Shown: positions 9,455-19,379 of the stretch, one piece after another | Position numbering within the stretch: the first letter of the stretch is position 1 | Layout: each line of letters starts with the position of its first letter | Source of the DNA: Calditrichota bacterium | GTDB lineage: Bacteria > Electryoneota > RPQS01 | Direction: 5' to 3' | Assembly: GCA_020637445.1 (NCBI GenBank) | Contig: JACJVZ010000001.1 | Coordinates: 1,755,952-1,819,951, forward strand | Length of the DNA: 64,000 nt | The notes under the pieces: generated by a model | Database searches by the model: none | What the model was told of the DNA's origin: nothing | Seen by the model: the letters and a program-made list of their open reading frames with translations, nothing else | Position numbers and translations under genes: made by a program

Positions 9455-11287
9455 ATGAAGCATGCGTTACGGGAGAGTTTGTATGTATACCTGGTCTTGG
9501 TAACAACGTTACCGTTGATCGGCGCAACCATTACGGTAGATCAAAGCACAGACCCGATTGACATCGATTGGCAAACTGCGACCATCGCGGATTTGCCGGG
9601 GCCGAACGGACGCGTTTCGTTTTCTGAGGCGAACATCGTCGCGAACAATACGCCGGGCAAAGACACGATCCTATTCGCGGTTCCTCAGAACGAGTGGGTA
9701 TTTCAGTTTCAATATCCCGGCAGAGCTGTGATCCAATCTTCGTACACGTTTTTCTGGAGAGCATTCGAACCAGTGGTTGTAGACGGCAGGTCTCAAACGG
9801 CTTTCACCGGAGATACGAATCCTGACGGTGCGGAGGTTACGTTGTTTGGCGGCGAATACTATATGAACGCCGGAGAAAGCGAGCTTTACGGGTTTGACAG
9901 CGGCAGCATGAACGTCAGCGAATCCGACAACTACGTTAGCGGCAACACGGGGTTCATGAATCTTTCGATATTTGGCGGCAGCGGAAATGTCATTGAAGGG
10001 AACACGCTTGGAACCATCAAGATCGACCGCTCTGACAGCAATCTTGTAATCGGCAATGTGTGCAACCGGATTCGAGTTTGGGGTTTTTCGAGCACGGAAC
10101 GGAACTACGGCGTAGTCATAGGCGGGCCGGAGCTTGGCGACCGGAACATCATTCTTGGATATGGCTCAATCAACAGCGAGGGATTGCCCGCCGGTCACGC
10201 GATTCAACTGTTCGAAACCGACGGTGCACTAATCGAGAACAACTGGATCGGCACATCGGCAAACGGCTTGGCGCAGGGAAACACCCTGTGTACCATGGGA
10301 ATCAGCTTCGAGTCCGGAAATTTGAACACAGTCGTTCGAGACAACTTGATTTCCGGAATACTCGGCCACGGGACAGGTCCCCATCATGCGGGTCAGCTGT
10401 TCGGCAGAGGAATCATGCTTGGAGGAATGATCGATAACGTGGTCATCGAAAACAATGTGATCGGGCCCGACGCGAACGGAGATCCGACTCTTGGCAGCGT
10501 AATCGGAATCGAGATTGGGACCTACAACTACCTCGGGATTTCGGACCTCGTGATTTTGGACAACGTCATCGCAGGGCACCGTTTCGAAGGCGTAACGGTG
10601 GGAAACAATGTGGCTCAATCACGTCTGAGCCGCAATCTTATGTTTGCTAACGTGAGTTTGGGAATTGATTTGATCCCAAGCGGTTTCGGATACGGCGTGA
10701 CACCGAATGACGTCTTGGATGGAGACACGGGCGGCAACGGTTTGCAGAACTTCCCAGTATTGACGGGAGCGGCAAAGAACGGGACATCAGTGGAAATTAG
10801 TGGAACACTTGGCAGCGCCGCAAACCTGACCTACACACTTGAGTTTTTTGCGTCACCGGAGTGCCACGCAACGGGCAACGGTGAAGGACAAATGTATGTG
10901 GGCAGCACGGCAGTGACTACGGACGGCTCGGGCAACGCAGCGTTTGACGCAACCTTTCCGGTATCCGTTCCGAACGGATGGGTGGTTTCTTCAACCGCAA
11001 CACTTGAACCGGCAGGTTTGACATCGGAGTTTTCGGAATGCCTGCCGGTCACATCTGCTCCATGTTCCGAAATTCCGGCAAATGTCACACTCATGATTGA
11101 CGGAGCCGGCGCGCATTTGCAGTGGACAGCAACGACTGATGCCACAGACTACGAGGTGTTTGCGGCGGCATCGTCAGAAGAGTCATTCATTTCTCTCGGC
11201 AATACCGGTGGTATGACGTCATTTACGGACGCAACCTACGCGGACTTCGACATGCGTCAATATTATGTCGTCGCAGTGTGCGAATAG
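9455..11287 (+). CDS. Secreted right-handed parallel beta-helix repeat protein with C-terminal FN3-like module
   Basis: AAGGGAG RBS before the ATG at 9455, with a signal peptide (MKHALRESLYVYLVLVTTLPLIGA). Repetitive N/G-rich beta-helix-type segments (NVIEGNTLG, NLVIGNV, IENNWIG, VRDNLISG, IENNVIG, LDNVIAG). The last ~70 aa are FN3-like (HLQWTATTDATDYEVF...RQYYVVAVCE). Confidence 0.7.
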   Translation: MKHALRESLYVYLVLVTTLPLIGATITVDQSTDPIDIDWQTATIADLPGPNGRVSFSEANIVANNTPGKDTILFAVPQNEWVFQFQYPGRAVIQSSYTFFWRAFEPVVVDGRSQTAFTGDTNPDGAEVTLFGGEYYMNAGESELYGFDSGSMNVSESDNYVSGNTGFMNLSIFGGSGNVIEGNTLGTIKIDRSDSNLVIGNVCNRIRVWGFSSTERNYGVVIGGPELGDRNIILGYGSINSEGLPAGHAIQLFETDGALIENNWIGTSANGLAQGNTLCTMGISFESGNLNTVVRDNLISGILGHGTGPHHAGQLFGRGIMLGGMIDNVVIENNVIGPDANGDPTLGSVIGIEIGTYNYLGISDLVILDNVIAGHRFEGVTVGNNVAQSRLSRNLMFANVSLGIDLIPSGFGYGVTPNDVLDGDTGGNGLQNFPVLTGAAKNGTSVEISGTLGSAANLTYTLEFFASPECHATGNGEGQMYVGSTAVTTDGSGNAAFDATFPVSVPNGWVVSSTATLEPAGLTSEFSECLPVTSAPCSEIPANVTLMIDGAGAHLQWTATTDATDYEVFAAASSEESFISLGNTGGMTSFTDATYADFDMRQYYVVAVCE

Positions 11288-11308
11288 TTCGCTTGCCGAA
11301 ACAACAAG

Positions 11309-11336
11309 AAAGGGCTCGCAGTACGCGAGCCCTTTT
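11309..11336. terminator. Bidirectional terminator between convergent genes
   Basis: Hairpin gggctcgc-agtac-gcgagccc flanked by an A-run and a T-run. Confidence 0.6.
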
Positions 11337-11358
11337 GTCCTACGAAACGAGGCAGTGT

Positions 11359-13758
11359 TTAGAAATCATCCATCGAGTCGTTTCCGCCGTCGCGGCTGCC
11401 GCGCTGTTTCTTGAAGTTGTTGAACGAGAAGCCGAGACTAAGCGTGACGACAGGGGCGTCCATCGAAAAGTAGTTGTAGGAATACAATCCCGGAGACTCG
11501 GACGTGGACTCGCGTTTTCCCGAACCGAAGATATCGCGCACTTGAATGGCGGCATTAAGACGCTTCTCGAAGAAATCGCGGCGCAGTCCTGCGTTGCAAA
11601 TGAAGCTGGCTTCCGATTTTTCCTGCGCCGTCACTTCGGGTCCTTCGTACTGCGCGTCAATTTGCAGCTTCGTGTTGCGATCCAGCGCGGTGATGTTATT
11701 CAGTTTGAACTCATAGCTGAAATCGTGATTGTCGAAAGAATAGTCGTTAAAACTCCCTTTGACGCGTTGATCAAACAGGCTTCCCGTCAAGGTCGTGGTC
11801 CATCCGCGTCTCCACGAAATATCCGTGCGCGCTTCGACACCGAGCGAGAATTCCTGACCGACGTTTTCAGGGCGCTGCAGCGTCACATTCTCTGCATAGG
11901 CGCTGCGAATCCGCTCAACGGTGTTGTGCTGAATCCGGTAGAAGCCTTCGAGCGAAGCGAACTGTTTCAAAAACTCCGTCTGATACCCCGTTTCATAAGA
12001 ATCGATGAATTCGGGCTTGAGCTCGGGGTTGCCCTGCCTGACAGAATACGAATTCTCCCACGACAAGAACGGTTCAAGTTCCCACGGACGGGCATGTTCG
12101 ACGCGGCGGGTGTAGCTTGCCATAAGCTGCTTGTGTCCGCCGAGAGAATAGGCCGTGTGTGCGGAGGGGTAAATGTCGAAACGATCAATTTTGAATTCTT
12201 CGCTGGTTTTGACCTGTTCGATTTTCCGGTAGAGATATTCGCCGCGCAATCCGGCTTGATACTCAAACCTGCCGATTGTGTTCGAGTACATCGTGTAGGC
12301 GGCGGGCAAAGTGCGGCGGAATTTCGTCGAATTGGTGAATTGCTCGTTAACAGCGTAGTTACCCGTGGCTGTGTCGAGCACACTTTGCGAGGTGTTGTCT
12401 TCAAAGCCGCCGGCCTGCACGGAGACCCCGCTCTCGAACTTTCCGTTTTCGGAAAGGGGACGAACGTAGTCGGACTTCAGCTCCATTCGCATGCCGGGAC
12501 CGTCTTCGCTGGTTGCGATGCCGTCGACGAGAACACCTGCAGGACTGAACGTTTCATTCGTGCTGGTTTCGTCTCCGTCCCTCCTTCCGAAATTAAAATC
12601 CGCCGTCCACTTGTGATCTTCTTCCTTGAAGCGGTGCGTCCATCCCGCGAAACCGGAGACAAATTTGTGTTCCCGGTCGGAGTTGTTGCGGGAAGAGGTT
12701 ACCAACTCGCCGTCGACCAAATCACTGAATTCTGTGTGCACATAGTCGGACGTACCGCCGAACGCGTGCATTCCAAACCGTCCGCCGAAGACAAGATTAT
12801 TCTGTGTTCCGAAGGGCATATCCAACTCCGCGCGCAGGCCGCCGAAATCGCGATTGCGACTCGAACTGCCGTCCGATTTCAATGTCGTGGTAACATCTTC
12901 GAAGGTCGTGCGGGTTTCTGACCGGGATTCTCCGGGGTTATGGTTGATGCCGAGATTTCCGCTGACGGTCAGAGTGGTTTTGCCGACCGGGCGAATGAGA
13001 GAGAAATCGCCGCCGCGCCGCTCTTTCGTAGAGGAACGAACATTGACCAGACCGGAGATGTTGCTCGTGCCGCGATGCAGCATGACGACATTGATAATTC
13101 CGGCGGTACCTTCGGCACTGTAGCGCGACGAGGGGTTGGTGATGATTTCAATTTTGTCAATGGTGGCCGCGGGAATCTGCTGAAGGGCATCGTTGGCGTC
13201 AAGAATTGAGGGCCGTCCGTCGATCATCACCGTGAAATTCGAGCTGCCGCGAAGTTTGACGTTGCCTTCAATATCCACCGAAACTGCGGGCGCATTTGCG
13301 AGAACGTCCGTGGCCGTGCCGTTGGGAATGATGTTTTGCTGTGCGACGTTTATGACCTTTTTTTCGACGTGGTACTCGACAGGCACGCGTTGGCCCTCGA
13401 CTGTCACTTCGTCGGCATGCAGCGCAGAGGGCAACAAGAGGATACTGCCCAAGTCGACGGATTTGTTGTCGCGATTGAGCGTAATATCCGGAACGGTCTT
13501 AAGATTGTAGCCCAAGAAACTTACGCGCGCGAAGTATCTGCCGGGCCTTAAGCTGTCAAGTTTGAAGAACCCGTCCGGCCCGGCCGCAATACCTGAGACC
13601 TGCGAACTATCTCGTGAGCTATGGAGTATGAAAGTGGCATATTCAAGCGGATCGTTTGACAACGAGTCCCGGATTGAGCCGGAAATCGAAAAGACAGGCA
13701 TTTGGGCCTGAGCGGCCGTCACAAGAAGTAGAGAGATAAATAGAATCAGGAGGCGCAA
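11359..13758 (-). CDS. TonB-dependent-receptor-like outer-membrane beta-barrel with N-terminal carboxypeptidase-regulatory-like domain
   Basis: Signal peptide (MRLLILFISLLLVTAAQAQ). CarboxypepD_reg-like start (ISGSIRDSLSNDPLEYATFIL). Plug-like segment (IPNGTATDVLANAPAVSVDIEGNVKLRGSSNFTVMIDGRP). The remainder is a long Y/G/S/T/N-rich sequence with the composition of a beta-barrel. TTG start with an AAGGA RBS. Confidence 0.75.
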   Translation of the reverse strand: MRLLILFISLLLVTAAQAQMPVFSISGSIRDSLSNDPLEYATFILHSSRDSSQVSGIAAGPDGFFKLDSLRPGRYFARVSFLGYNLKTVPDITLNRDNKSVDLGSILLLPSALHADEVTVEGQRVPVEYHVEKKVINVAQQNIIPNGTATDVLANAPAVSVDIEGNVKLRGSSNFTVMIDGRPSILDANDALQQIPAATIDKIEIITNPSSRYSAEGTAGIINVVMLHRGTSNISGLVNVRSSTKERRGGDFSLIRPVGKTTLTVSGNLGINHNPGESRSETRTTFEDVTTTLKSDGSSSRNRDFGGLRAELDMPFGTQNNLVFGGRFGMHAFGGTSDYVHTEFSDLVDGELVTSSRNNSDREHKFVSGFAGWTHRFKEEDHKWTADFNFGRRDGDETSTNETFSPAGVLVDGIATSEDGPGMRMELKSDYVRPLSENGKFESGVSVQAGGFEDNTSQSVLDTATGNYAVNEQFTNSTKFRRTLPAAYTMYSNTIGRFEYQAGLRGEYLYRKIEQVKTSEEFKIDRFDIYPSAHTAYSLGGHKQLMASYTRRVEHARPWELEPFLSWENSYSVRQGNPELKPEFIDSYETGYQTEFLKQFASLEGFYRIQHNTVERIRSAYAENVTLQRPENVGQEFSLGVEARTDISWRRGWTTTLTGSLFDQRVKGSFNDYSFDNHDFSYEFKLNNITALDRNTKLQIDAQYEGPEVTAQEKSEASFICNAGLRRDFFEKRLNAAIQVRDIFGSGKRESTSESPGLYSYNYFSMDAPVVTLSLGFSFNNFKKQRGSRDGGNDSMDDF

Positions 13759-13883
13759 GTGGTAATCCTTTTGTCAGTGTACGACCTTTAGACGCACGAG
13801 GAAGGGGTTTTGATTCCGGGCCGGACTTCCATTTTACGGAAAATCTGGCTAAATTCCACGGTTCCAAACATTAGTGAGGCGAG

Positions 13884-15134
13884 TTGAAGAGGCTTTTCAG
13901 CCAAGCAGGTGGACCAGGAGCGATGGTCAGAGCGGTGTGGGCGCTGGCTATTAAGGGACTTCCGGCCCTTTATGGGTTGGGAGTCATTTTTGTGCTTTTG
14001 CGTGCCCTACCCGTTGAGGAATACGGGTCGTACGGCGTGGCATGGGCCTTTTTGAATGTCGCCGCGATGTGCACGCGTGGCTTGTGGGCCCTGACTCTTG
14101 TTCAGCGCTGGGCCTCGGGAGCCGGCGAACGCGTGCTGGGTACTATCGTCGGGCTGTCGCTGATCACAACTTTGATCGGGATCGCGGTGGGGGCCTTGCT
14201 GATGCCCGCCTTAGGCCTTTCTCCGATGGAGACTGCTCTGACGTGTCTCGCGCTGCTCATCTTGGTACCGCGGGATTTGGCGATTGCCTTAGGACAGGCA
14301 GAGAGCAAACTCCGGCGAGTCTTCATCATCGAGGCCTGCTATTTCTTTGGCAGTTTGGTCGGTTTTATCGTCTTAGCCCGGTTTGGCTTGTTGGTGGACG
14401 CAGAGACCGCTCTGATGGTGAATACGGGAGCGATTGTGATCTCGTCGTTGGCCGGGGTGTTCAGATATCCGCTGGTGCTTAGGCCGTCTTTTGAGTCTCA
14501 CGGCTATCGCGACGTGGCGAGTTTCGGGAAGTGGACAGGCATCCTCGCCATCGGAGACATCTATTTTCAGCAGGGAGATTTGCTCGTATTGAGCGCCGTT
14601 CAAAGCCCGGCACAATTGGCGCCGTATATCGCGGCAAAGACGTTTTTGCGTCTGTTTGCTTTGGTTTCTCAGGCCATGAACTTCCTGCTCTATCCCATGG
14701 CGGCCAGACTGGCAGCCGAAGGTGATTTGCCGAAACTTGCAAGCAAACTCAAGATTGCACTCGCGGGTGTTTGGGCAGTGGGAATTCCGGCCGCGTTGGC
14801 ACTATGGTTTTATTCCGACCCCGTGATTCCTGCAATGTTGGGACACAAGTACACGGAAGCAATTCCGTTTGTGATTGCACTCTTGCCAGCCGCATTGCTC
14901 GAACCGATGTTTAGCACGGGCGCGAACATTCTGGTCGGCTTGGGTCAGCCTCGCCGGGCGATTCCTTTGATTGTGACCGTGGTTCTGCTGAATGCCGCGG
15001 CAAACATCGTGGTCGTGTCGCAGATGGGTCTGGAAGGAGCACCGTGGATTTTGACGGCAAGCTATTTGGTGCTTGGGCTAATCTTGCAATTTCACCTGCG
15101 GAGGGTGCTCAGCCGGAGCAGAGTTCCAGAGTGA
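13884..15134 (+). CDS. Polysaccharide-biosynthesis/Wzx-like multi-TM flippase family protein
   Basis: About 12 predicted TM segments. The N-terminal LPVEEYGSYGVAWAF region is typical of Polysacc_synt-type flippases. The start is uncertain (TTG 13884 or ATG 13923). Confidence 0.55.
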   Translation: MKRLFSQAGGPGAMVRAVWALAIKGLPALYGLGVIFVLLRALPVEEYGSYGVAWAFLNVAAMCTRGLWALTLVQRWASGAGERVLGTIVGLSLITTLIGIAVGALLMPALGLSPMETALTCLALLILVPRDLAIALGQAESKLRRVFIIEACYFFGSLVGFIVLARFGLLVDAETALMVNTGAIVISSLAGVFRYPLVLRPSFESHGYRDVASFGKWTGILAIGDIYFQQGDLLVLSAVQSPAQLAPYIAAKTFLRLFALVSQAMNFLLYPMAARLAAEGDLPKLASKLKIALAGVWAVGIPAALALWFYSDPVIPAMLGHKYTEAIPFVIALLPAALLEPMFSTGANILVGLGQPRRAIPLIVTVVLLNAAANIVVVSQMGLEGAPWILTASYLVLGLILQFHLRRVLSRSRVPE

Positions 15135-15339
15135 GTATGTGAATAATCATATGGTCCGCCATGAGGTATGAGCATCGCTTGAACATATGTTTAATCGCAA
15201 GAAGAATTTTTCAAGTGATGCTCAAGCTCTTGACACTGGGACAATCTGTGCTTAACATAGTGAAATATGGCCAAATGAGTTGAATTTTGAAACCGCTGAC
15301 GTTGACGGCCTGATTTTCGAATGAAAATGCGGAGAATTT

Positions 15340-18300
15340 GTGAGTTTAGGACTCCTTCGACGGATAGGTTTCCTGTGGGGTGTTGTGTGCTGTCTTGCGG
15401 CGGCGATGGCCAATCCGACTCTTGTGCCTCCCGGCAACGTCAGCGGGGTATGGATTCCGGCCAACAGTCCGTACGTCATTAAGCACGGCAATATCACAGT
15501 TCCGAATGGCAGTTCGCTGTTCATTCTGGCGGGAGTTCAGGTGATCTTTGAGGGTCACTACAAGTTTATTGTCAACGGTCATCTTCGCGCGGTCGGCAGC
15601 CCAACGGACTCGGTGGTTTTCACGGGGGTGGACCACGATGCATTAATCGGTTGGAAAGGGCTGAGGCTGATTGGCTCGGACAGCACCCAGTTTGACTACT
15701 GCGTATTCGAGAATGGCAACGCGATTCTGGGCAGCTCCACCGACAGCACCGGGGGAGTGGTCTTAGTCAGCGGCTCCGGATCGCGGGTTGTCTTCAATCA
15801 TTGCTCATTCCGGAACAACTATGCGGGCGGGAACGGCGGCGCATTGTTTGTGAGCAACGGAACTGCTGCAGAATGTTACGATTGCTATTTTAGCGGCAAT
15901 TCAACGAACCAAGACGGCGGCGCGGCATTCGTTCACAACTCCGCGTTATCTCGGTTTGAACGCTGCGAGTTTTTCAACAACCGGTCAGGCAAGGAAGCTG
16001 GTGCAATCCATTCCCGCTTCGGGAGTCCGGTTTATTGGGACTGTTATTTTCACCACAATGTAAGCCACAATAGCGGCGGCGCGGTCATGGCCTCGGGCCA
16101 AGCGAGTTTCCGCCGCTGTGTTTTTGAGCGCAACGCTTCGGAAATATCCCAGGGCGGTGCGCTTTATTTTTATGATTACAGAACGACTGCGACTCTGGAC
16201 TCATGCATCATTCAGGACAACCAGACTCTGTTGCGTGACGGCGGCGGCGCGTATTGTTGGGAAGCGGCTCCAAGATTCACGGATTGCCAGTTCTTGCGAA
16301 ATCGGTCTTCGGACGACGGAGGAGCCGTGCACTGTTACCGTCCGGGCTCCAACGCCGTTTTCACGAGATGCTTGTTCGAAGGAAACCACGCGGCGGATAC
16401 GGGCGGCGGAATTATTATCAGCAATGAATCTTTGGCATCCCTGACGGACTGCGTGCTAAGAAACAACCGATCAGAGATTCACGGCGGCGGCGGCATTTAT
16501 ATCAGGCTTCAAAGCCAGCCGGTGTTCACAAACTGCATCATCGAAAACAACTCGACGGCCGGTTACGGCGGGGGAGTCGGAAGTTTGGAAAGCGTGCCGC
16601 GCTTCATCAACTGTACGATTCGCGGTAACACCTGCGATTCTTTGGGCGGCGGGATCGGCGCTGTATCCACCGAGTTTGAAATGACGGGCTGCGACATCTC
16701 TGAGAATCATGCGCACTTGAACGGCGGCGGATTGTCAATGACTCTGGCAACGCCGATCATAACGCAATGCAAAATTCAAAACAACGTTGCTGATAGTTCG
16801 GGCGGCGGGCTGCATGTCGTCGAAGCGCTGCCGACGTTTACAAATTGTCTGCTCACGGGCAATACGGCTGCCGTTCAGGCAGGTGCCGGAAGTTACAGAA
16901 TGTCGCACCCGACGTTTGTGCACTGCACAATTGCGGACAACTTCTCCCCCGTTGGAAATGTGTTCGTGGTTCAAGACTCTCCGGGAGAAATCATTAACTC
17001 AATCGTCGCAACGTCCGACGAGGCATACGGAAACGGCGCGCCGCCACCGGGAATCGGGATTTTGAACGGCGGATCGGCATGGGAAATCCGAAAGTCACTG
17101 TTCAGCCGCATTGGAATGGTGCCGTTTGTCGGCGCATTTCAACCGGGATTCGGAGAACTTGTCACGACAGATGAGAACGGAACGGAATGCGATGGCTATG
17201 GAAATCTGTTTGTTGCACCGAGATTCGTTGGATCAGGAATCGAGCCGTACGCATTAGCGTCAACTGGATTAGTTTCACCTGCATTGAACACGGCCCCCCC
17301 GTTTACGGTTAACGACGATCTTTCTGGAGTTGCCCGGCCACAGCCGACGGGAAGTTTGCCGGATATCGGATGTTTTGAAGCGAATCAGGTACTTGATGAG
17401 TCTATTATTGCCGGAGAACTGTCAGGGACAATTCAATCGGGACTTCACCGTATATTCGGAGACATTGTGGTTCCGCACGGATCCACTCTCGCGATCGAAT
17501 CCGGAGCTGACTTGGAGTTCATGGGCCCGTACGCGATTTTGGTCTTTGGAGAGCTTTACGTCAACGGCAGTCCGGGTGATTCGGTCAGGATGTACTCTGA
17601 GAATGCGGGAAATTTGTTGGGTTGGCGCGGAATAAGATTTGGCGGCACGGAGTCTTCGGGATCTGTGATTTCTTATTTTTCGGCTTCCAACGCGATGGCT
17701 TGGAGTATCGATTCGAGTGGCGGCGCGTTCGGGTTTTTCGACGGCGCGTCTCCAACCATTTCCAACTCTCACGTAAGCAATTGCAGTTCCGAGTCGGGTG
17801 GTGCGGGGCTGGTTTTCAGCGGGCATCCCAGATTCAGCTCATGTACATTCACCCATTGCAACGCGTCAAGCGGCGGAGCCTTTAGGGTGGGCGCGGGAGC
17901 CGGATTGGATTTGACTTCGAGCAGTTTGAAATTCTGCACAGCGGTGACGGGCGGCGCTATCGCGGCGGAGCAAGGTGAACTTGAACTTATTGACGTTCGC
18001 TGTATTTCGAATTCAGCTACGGACGGCGGAGCAATTTATCTGCGCAACTCGGAATTGGTCTTGAGCTACGTGCGGCTTGACTCGAATTCGGCGACGAATA
18101 ACGGCGGTGCAGTCTACTCGAGCAATTCCGTGCTGCAAGGAGATTCGCTGAACGCGCGTAGAAATACGGCCGCATCGGGCGGCGTGTTGTATTGTGCGAA
18201 CGGGACTCGGGGCGAACTTTCCGAGTTGACTTGCAAAGACAACTATGCGACGACGGCCGGCGGAGTCATGAATTCTCAAGGCGGCACATTAGCGCTGCGG

Positions 18301-19047
18301 AGCGGACTATTTGACCACAACGAATCGAATCAGCGGGGCGGCGCATTTTGCTTGATCGGAGATTCAAGCTCGGTCGTACGGGGGACATTGGTGAGAAATT
18401 CTTCGCCGGAAGGCGCGGCGGTGTATTTGGAAAACGCCCATGCATTGATCTCATCGTGTCAGATCACGGACAACGGAGCGGCGGTACATTTCAAGAGTAG
18501 CTCTGCTTCGCGCATCGAATACTCGAACTTTGTCCGCAATGCCGCGAACTTCAGTTACTATCAAAACAACTCCGGCAACGGTCCCGCGAATATCGGCGTG
18601 ATTAATTCGTCGAATATTCTTGAATATCCGTGCGACTCGTATTTCAACGTTTTCGTGAATCCGCAGTATTTGAATTTTGTCGGCGGCAACTATACGATTG
18701 ACGAAAATTCCGCGTGCATGGACGCGGGAAACCCGGACACAGGCTGTGACAGCGATTTGACGTTTCCGGAAATCGGTGCACTGCACACTCCGCACAGTGT
18801 AAACCCGTGGCTTCCGGAAGAGTTGCGTGCTATGCCTGCTGACTCAAACTCCGTCAGACTGACCTGGAAGCGATCAAAGGCGGTGCGGCTTTGCAGTGTG
18901 AATGAGCTGAATTTCATTTTGGAAGCGCTGAACGATCAAGACGAGTGGCTTCCCATTTACTCGACAACGGACACGACATGCGTCTTGTCCATCCCCGAAT
19001 TGGAGACCTTTGAACAATTGCGGGTTCGCTCTTCGGTTCAACCGTAG
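15340..19047 (+). CDS. Giant secreted beta-helix protein with Pmp-type (FxxN / GGA[ILV]) repeats and C-terminal FN3-like module
   Basis: GTG start with a GGAGA RBS and a signal peptide (LLRRIGFLWGVVCCLAAAMA). Many units are of the form FRNNYAGGNGGALFV, FSGNSTNQDGGAAFV, FLRNRSSDDGGAVHC and LRNNRSEIHGGGGIYI. No C-terminal beta-barrel or T9SS tag is visible. Confidence 0.8.
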   Translation: MSLGLLRRIGFLWGVVCCLAAAMANPTLVPPGNVSGVWIPANSPYVIKHGNITVPNGSSLFILAGVQVIFEGHYKFIVNGHLRAVGSPTDSVVFTGVDHDALIGWKGLRLIGSDSTQFDYCVFENGNAILGSSTDSTGGVVLVSGSGSRVVFNHCSFRNNYAGGNGGALFVSNGTAAECYDCYFSGNSTNQDGGAAFVHNSALSRFERCEFFNNRSGKEAGAIHSRFGSPVYWDCYFHHNVSHNSGGAVMASGQASFRRCVFERNASEISQGGALYFYDYRTTATLDSCIIQDNQTLLRDGGGAYCWEAAPRFTDCQFLRNRSSDDGGAVHCYRPGSNAVFTRCLFEGNHAADTGGGIIISNESLASLTDCVLRNNRSEIHGGGGIYIRLQSQPVFTNCIIENNSTAGYGGGVGSLESVPRFINCTIRGNTCDSLGGGIGAVSTEFEMTGCDISENHAHLNGGGLSMTLATPIITQCKIQNNVADSSGGGLHVVEALPTFTNCLLTGNTAAVQAGAGSYRMSHPTFVHCTIADNFSPVGNVFVVQDSPGEIINSIVATSDEAYGNGAPPPGIGILNGGSAWEIRKSLFSRIGMVPFVGAFQPGFGELVTTDENGTECDGYGNLFVAPRFVGSGIEPYALASTGLVSPALNTAPPFTVNDDLSGVARPQPTGSLPDIGCFEANQVLDESIIAGELSGTIQSGLHRIFGDIVVPHGSTLAIESGADLEFMGPYAILVFGELYVNGSPGDSVRMYSENAGNLLGWRGIRFGGTESSGSVISYFSASNAMAWSIDSSGGAFGFFDGASPTISNSHVSNCSSESGGAGLVFSGHPRFSSCTFTHCNASSGGAFRVGAGAGLDLTSSSLKFCTAVTGGAIAAEQGELELIDVRCISNSATDGGAIYLRNSELVLSYVRLDSNSATNNGGAVYSSNSVLQGDSLNARRNTAASGGVLYCANGTRGELSELTCKDNYATTAGGVMNSQGGTLALRSGLFDHNESNQRGGAFCLIGDSSSVVRGTLVRNSSPEGAAVYLENAHALISSCQITDNGAAVHFKSSSASRIEYSNFVRNAANFSYYQNNSGNGPANIGVINSSNILEYPCDSYFNVFVNPQYLNFVGGNYTIDENSACMDAGNPDTGCDSDLTFPEIGALHTPHSVNPWLPEELRAMPADSNSVRLTWKRSKAVRLCSVNELNFILEALNDQDEWLPIYSTTDTTCVLSIPELETFEQLRVRSSVQP

Positions 19048-19071
19048 GTGAAAATTCACGCAAGATACTGC

Positions 19072-19096
19072 AAGCCGGACACTGTTCGGCTTTTTT
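19072..19096 (+). terminator. Probable rho-independent terminator
   Basis: aagccg-N9-cggctt hairpin followed by a T-run. Confidence 0.5.
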
Positions 19097-19379
19097 AGTT
19101 TTTTCAATTACTTAGCTAAATGAACAAAAACAAGCTCTAAGTGTCTACTCGGGGTTGATTTTACGGAGTCTATGCCGTAAGATAATGATGCTGATTTCAG
19201 ATTTGACTGTTAAACGATTGTTTGAACTCCGGTTGATTTGTCGGGGTTGATTATGGAGACAAAACAACGGCTTAGAATGCGACTATTTTAGTCAATTTTT
19301 ATAGCTTCGTCTTAAGTGCAGTCAAATTAGAAAGTCGGCGACGACGTGAAAGACCGATTTATGCCTCCAGTTTTGCACT

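Noticed and set aside
11278-12921. 547-aa ORF on the plus strand, entirely inside the TonB-type receptor gene.
   Set aside because: It lies in the codon-aligned antisense frame (11359-11278 = 81, divisible by 3). In that frame, stops arise only from sense TTA, CTA or TCA codons, which this genome evidently avoids. The translation is Arg/Val/Phe-rich nonsense with no RBS. It is a shadow ORF.
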